NCBI GenBank assembly: GCA_963667785.2 | Contig: CAXXMU010000002.1 | Span: 416,001-480,000 of the forward strand | Reading direction: 5' to 3' | From: Alphaproteobacteria bacterium | Lineage (GTDB): Bacteria > Pseudomonadota > Alphaproteobacteria > UBA828 | DNA: 64,000 nucleotides | In this document: in pieces, positions 61,561 to 64,000 of the stretch | How positions within the stretch are numbered: position 1 is the first letter of the stretch | Layout: the number at the start of each line of letters is the position of its first letter | Notes under the pieces: model-generated | Seen by the model: only the letters and a program-made list of their open reading frames with translations | What the model was told of the DNA's origin: nothing | The model's database searches: none | Made by a program: the position numbers and the translations under genes

Positions 61561-62726
61561 GCCGGATGTCGCTCGATCAGCTGCCGCGCGATGATCAGCC
61601 GCTGGATCTCGTTGGTGCCCTCGCCGATGCAGAGCAAGGGCGCATCGCGGTACATCCGTTCGATGGGAAACTCCTTCGAGTAGCCGTAGCCGCCGTGGAT
61701 GCGCATGGCCTCGATGCTGTTCTCGAGCGCCGCCTCCGTGGCGAAGAGCTTGGCGATGCCGGCCTCCATGTCGCAGCGCTTGCCGGTCTCGTAGGCGACC
61801 GCCGCCCGCTCGGTGAGGAGCCGCGCCGCCTCGGTGCGGGTCACCATGTCCGCAAGCTTGATCTGGATCGCCTGATGCTGGCAGATCGGCTTGCCGAAGG
61901 TCTTGCGCTCTTGGGCATAGCGCACGGCCTCGTCGAGGCAGGACTGGGCGACGCCGACGCCGCGGGCCGCGACGTTGATGCGGCCGAGCTCCAGCCCGCT
62001 CAATACCTGCTGCAGGCCCTTGCCCTCGACCCCGCCGATGAGCTTGTCGGCATCGATGCGGTAGTCCTCGAAGGCGAGCTCGGCGGTGTCGATCCCGCGA
62101 TAGCCGAGCTTCTGCAATTTCCGGCTGACGCGGAAGCCCTCGGCCTTCTCGGCGAGGAACAGGCTGATGCCCTTGTGGCGCGGCTCGGCTTCCGGGTCGG
62201 TCTTGACCAGCAGCGCCAGGCAGGAGCCGTGAATGCTGTTGGTGATCCAAGTCTTGGCGCCGTTGATCACGTAGGCATCGTTGCCTTCGCGCCGCGCCGT
62301 GGTGCGGATCGCCTGCAGGTCCGTGCCGCAGTCGGGCTCGGTAAGCGCGATGCCGCCCCTGAGCTCGCCGCTGGCGAAGCGGGGGAGGTAGGACTCCCGC
62401 TGCTCGTCGGTGCCGAAGCGCTCGACGGCAGCCGCCATGATGAGGTGGGAGTTGATGAGACCGCTCACCGACATCCAGGCGTGGGAGAGTCGCTCGATGA
62501 TCTTGGCGTAGGTGGTAACGGGCAGGCCGAGACCGCCATAGTCCTCGGAGATCGTGGCGCCGAAGAGGCCCATCTCCTTCATCTTCTCGACGATGTCGTC
62601 GGGATAGATGTCGTCGTGCTCGAGCGCGGAGACATGGGGACGGACGTCGCGGTCCAGGAATCGCTCAATTCCGTCCAGGATCAGCGCCTCCTGTTCCTCG
62701 TCTACGGTTTCAACCCGGTCCGCCAT
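61557..62726 (-). CDS. Acyl-CoA dehydrogenase
   Basis: ALTEPDCGTD, INGAKTWITN, KLGYRG, IHGGYGY, IGEGTNEIQR. Confidence 0.95.
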   Translation of the reverse strand: MADRVETVDEEQEALILDGIERFLDRDVRPHVSALEHDDIYPDDIVEKMKEMGLFGATISEDYGGLGLPVTTYAKIIERLSHAWMSVSGLINSHLIMAAAVERFGTDEQRESYLPRFASGELRGGIALTEPDCGTDLQAIRTTARREGNDAYVINGAKTWITNSIHGSCLALLVKTDPEAEPRHKGISLFLAEKAEGFRVSRKLQKLGYRGIDTAELAFEDYRIDADKLIGGVEGKGLQQVLSGLELGRINVAARGVGVAQSCLDEAVRYAQERKTFGKPICQHQAIQIKLADMVTRTEAARLLTERAAVAYETGKRCDMEAGIAKLFATEAALENSIEAMRIHGGYGYSKEFPIERMYRDAPLLCIGEGTNEIQRLIIARQLIERHPA

Positions 62727-62831
62727 CGCCGATTTCCCCCGTCCTCCGGTATGAGGGCGGCGAGCATATCCCGCCGTCCCGGTCGAGAAAATGCTTGAGG
62801 CTGCGCCGCGTGGCGGTTATTCAAACTGTCT

Positions 62832-62846
62832 TGGCATAGAGAATGC
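62832..62846 (+). promoter_or_regulatory. Candidate sigma54 (-24/-12) promoter
   Basis: TGGCATAGAGAATGC has correct GG-N10-GC spacing, 54 nt upstream of ATG 62901. Confidence 0.45.
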
Positions 62847-62900
62847 GGACCCCAAGGGAGCGGGAAGGCTCCCATGCGGGCCGAGGGGGCGGTGATAGCC

Positions 62901-64000
62901 ATGGCCGAACGTGGCGATGTCGAAATCAGGGGCGTGACCAAGCGGTTCGGCCCCACGATTGCCGTCGAGGATATCAACATCACGATTCCCGACGGCAGCT
63001 ACTGCTGCCTGCTCGGGCCGAGCGGCTGCGGCAAGACAACTCTCCTGCGCATCATCGCGGGTCACGAGGTGCCGACCGAAGGCGACGTGCTGATCGGCGG
63101 CGAGTCGGTGATCGGCAAGCCCACCGGCCAGCGCGGCACGTCGATGATGTTCCAGAGCTACGCGCTCTTCCCGCACCTGACGGTGCTGGACAACGTCGCC
63201 TTCAGCCTGAAGATGAAGAGGGTCGCCAAGGGCGAGCGGCGCGAACGCGCCTACGAGGTGCTGAAGCGCGTGCAGCTCGACCCCCTGGCCGACCGCATGC
63301 CGGCGCAGCTCTCCGGCGGGCAGCAGCAGCGCGTCGCACTCGCCCGCTCGCTGATCACCAACCCCAAGGTGCTGCTGCTGGACGAGCCGCTGTCGGCGCT
63401 GGACGAGTTCCTGCGGCTGCAGATGCGCGCCGAGCTCAAGCATATCCAGATCGACCTCGGCATCACCTTCATCCACGTCACCCACACCCAGCCCGAGGCG
63501 CTGGCGATCGCCGACATGGTCGTGGTGATGGACACGGGCCACATTGAGCAGGCGGCGACGGGGCCGGAAATCTACGACGAGCCGCGCACCACCTACGTGG
63601 CGGAGTTCATGGGCGGCTGGAACGTGTTCACCGGCAAGGTGTCCGGGGTCGAGAACGAACTGGTGACGGTCGCGGGTACCGAGGGCGACAGCTTCCATCT
63701 GCCGCGCGACGGTCACGAGGTCGGCCAGGATGTCAACTTCGGCATCCGCCGCGACAAGGTGCATCTGGCGGGCGGAAGCATCGATCTGGACCGGGGCAAC
63801 GCCCTGGGCGGCACGGTGCACGCCATCGAGTACCAGGGCAACTGGGTCAAGCTCACCATGACCAGGGAAGAGAAGCGGGATCTCGTCGCGGTCATCGAGG
63901 ATCGCGAGTATTTCGCCAATCCCACCAAGGTGGGCGACCAGGTCACCGTCACCTGGGCCAGTGAGGACGTGCGCGTGATGGAGCGTGCCACTGGCGCCCA
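62901..64000 (+). CDS. ABC transporter ATP-binding protein (PotA-like), runs off window end
   Basis: Manual translation from ATG 62901: MAERGDVEIRGVTKRFG...LLGPSGCGKTT...FQSYALFPH...LSGGQQQRVALAR...LLLDEPLSALD...HVTH. Confidence 0.92.
   Translation, partial: MAERGDVEIRGVTKRFGPTIAVEDINITIPDGSYCCLLGPSGCGKTTLLRIIAGHEVPTEGDVLIGGESVIGKPTGQRGTSMMFQSYALFPHLTVLDNVAFSLKMKRVAKGERRERAYEVLKRVQLDPLADRMPAQLSGGQQQRVALARSLITNPKVLLLDEPLSALDEFLRLQMRAELKHIQIDLGITFIHVTHTQPEALAIADMVVVMDTGHIEQAATGPEIYDEPRTTYVAEFMGGWNVFTGKVSGVENELVTVAGTEGDSFHLPRDGHEVGQDVNFGIRRDKVHLAGGSIDLDRGNALGGTVHAIEYQGNWVKLTMTREEKRDLVAVIEDREYFANPTKVGDQVTVTWASEDVRVMERATGA

Noticed and set aside
60325-62250. 641-aa CoA-transferase with N-terminal extension
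   Set aside because: The extension is an off-frame shadow of the acyl-CoA dehydrogenase; the real start is GTG 61560, overlapping the ACAD stop.

Overview
High-GC alphaproteobacterial chromosome segment (Rhodospirillales-like gene order; the taxon is an inference). The core blocks are htpG, a helicase-hslR-terB-fdxA-carD block, hupB-tRNA-Val-tRNA-Asp, a complete 14-gene nuoA-N operon and birA-coaX-rnj-mce-DUF1467. Catabolic accessory genes lie between them. (1) A minus-strand operon encodes a gentisate-dioxygenase-like cupin, a vitamin-B6-degradation (FHMPC) dehydrogenase homologue, an LVIVD-repeat protein and pyruvate carboxylase. (2) A P4-less SAM-I-family riboswitch has an expression platform that appears to sequester the SD of a 21-aa uORF upstream of an OsmC-like/flavoprotein/BKACE/2OG-oxygenase unit. 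(3) A Rieske oxygenase is paired with a gamma-butyrobetaine-dioxygenase-like gene. (4) A membrane Fe-S oxidoreductase is fused to EtfB and followed by etfA. (5) metZ is under a SAM-II riboswitch. (6) There are ABC transporter parts, including an SBP-VOC in-frame fusion. Also seen: two genes whose only plausible start is a CTG overlapping the upstream stop (CTGA), a frameshifted mce, and two RIME/MITE-like palindromic intergenic elements. No CRISPR array, rRNA, integrase or transposase was found. Most long ORFs in the supplied track are GC-rich antisense or off-frame shadows. All product calls rest on motif recognition from memory, not database searches.
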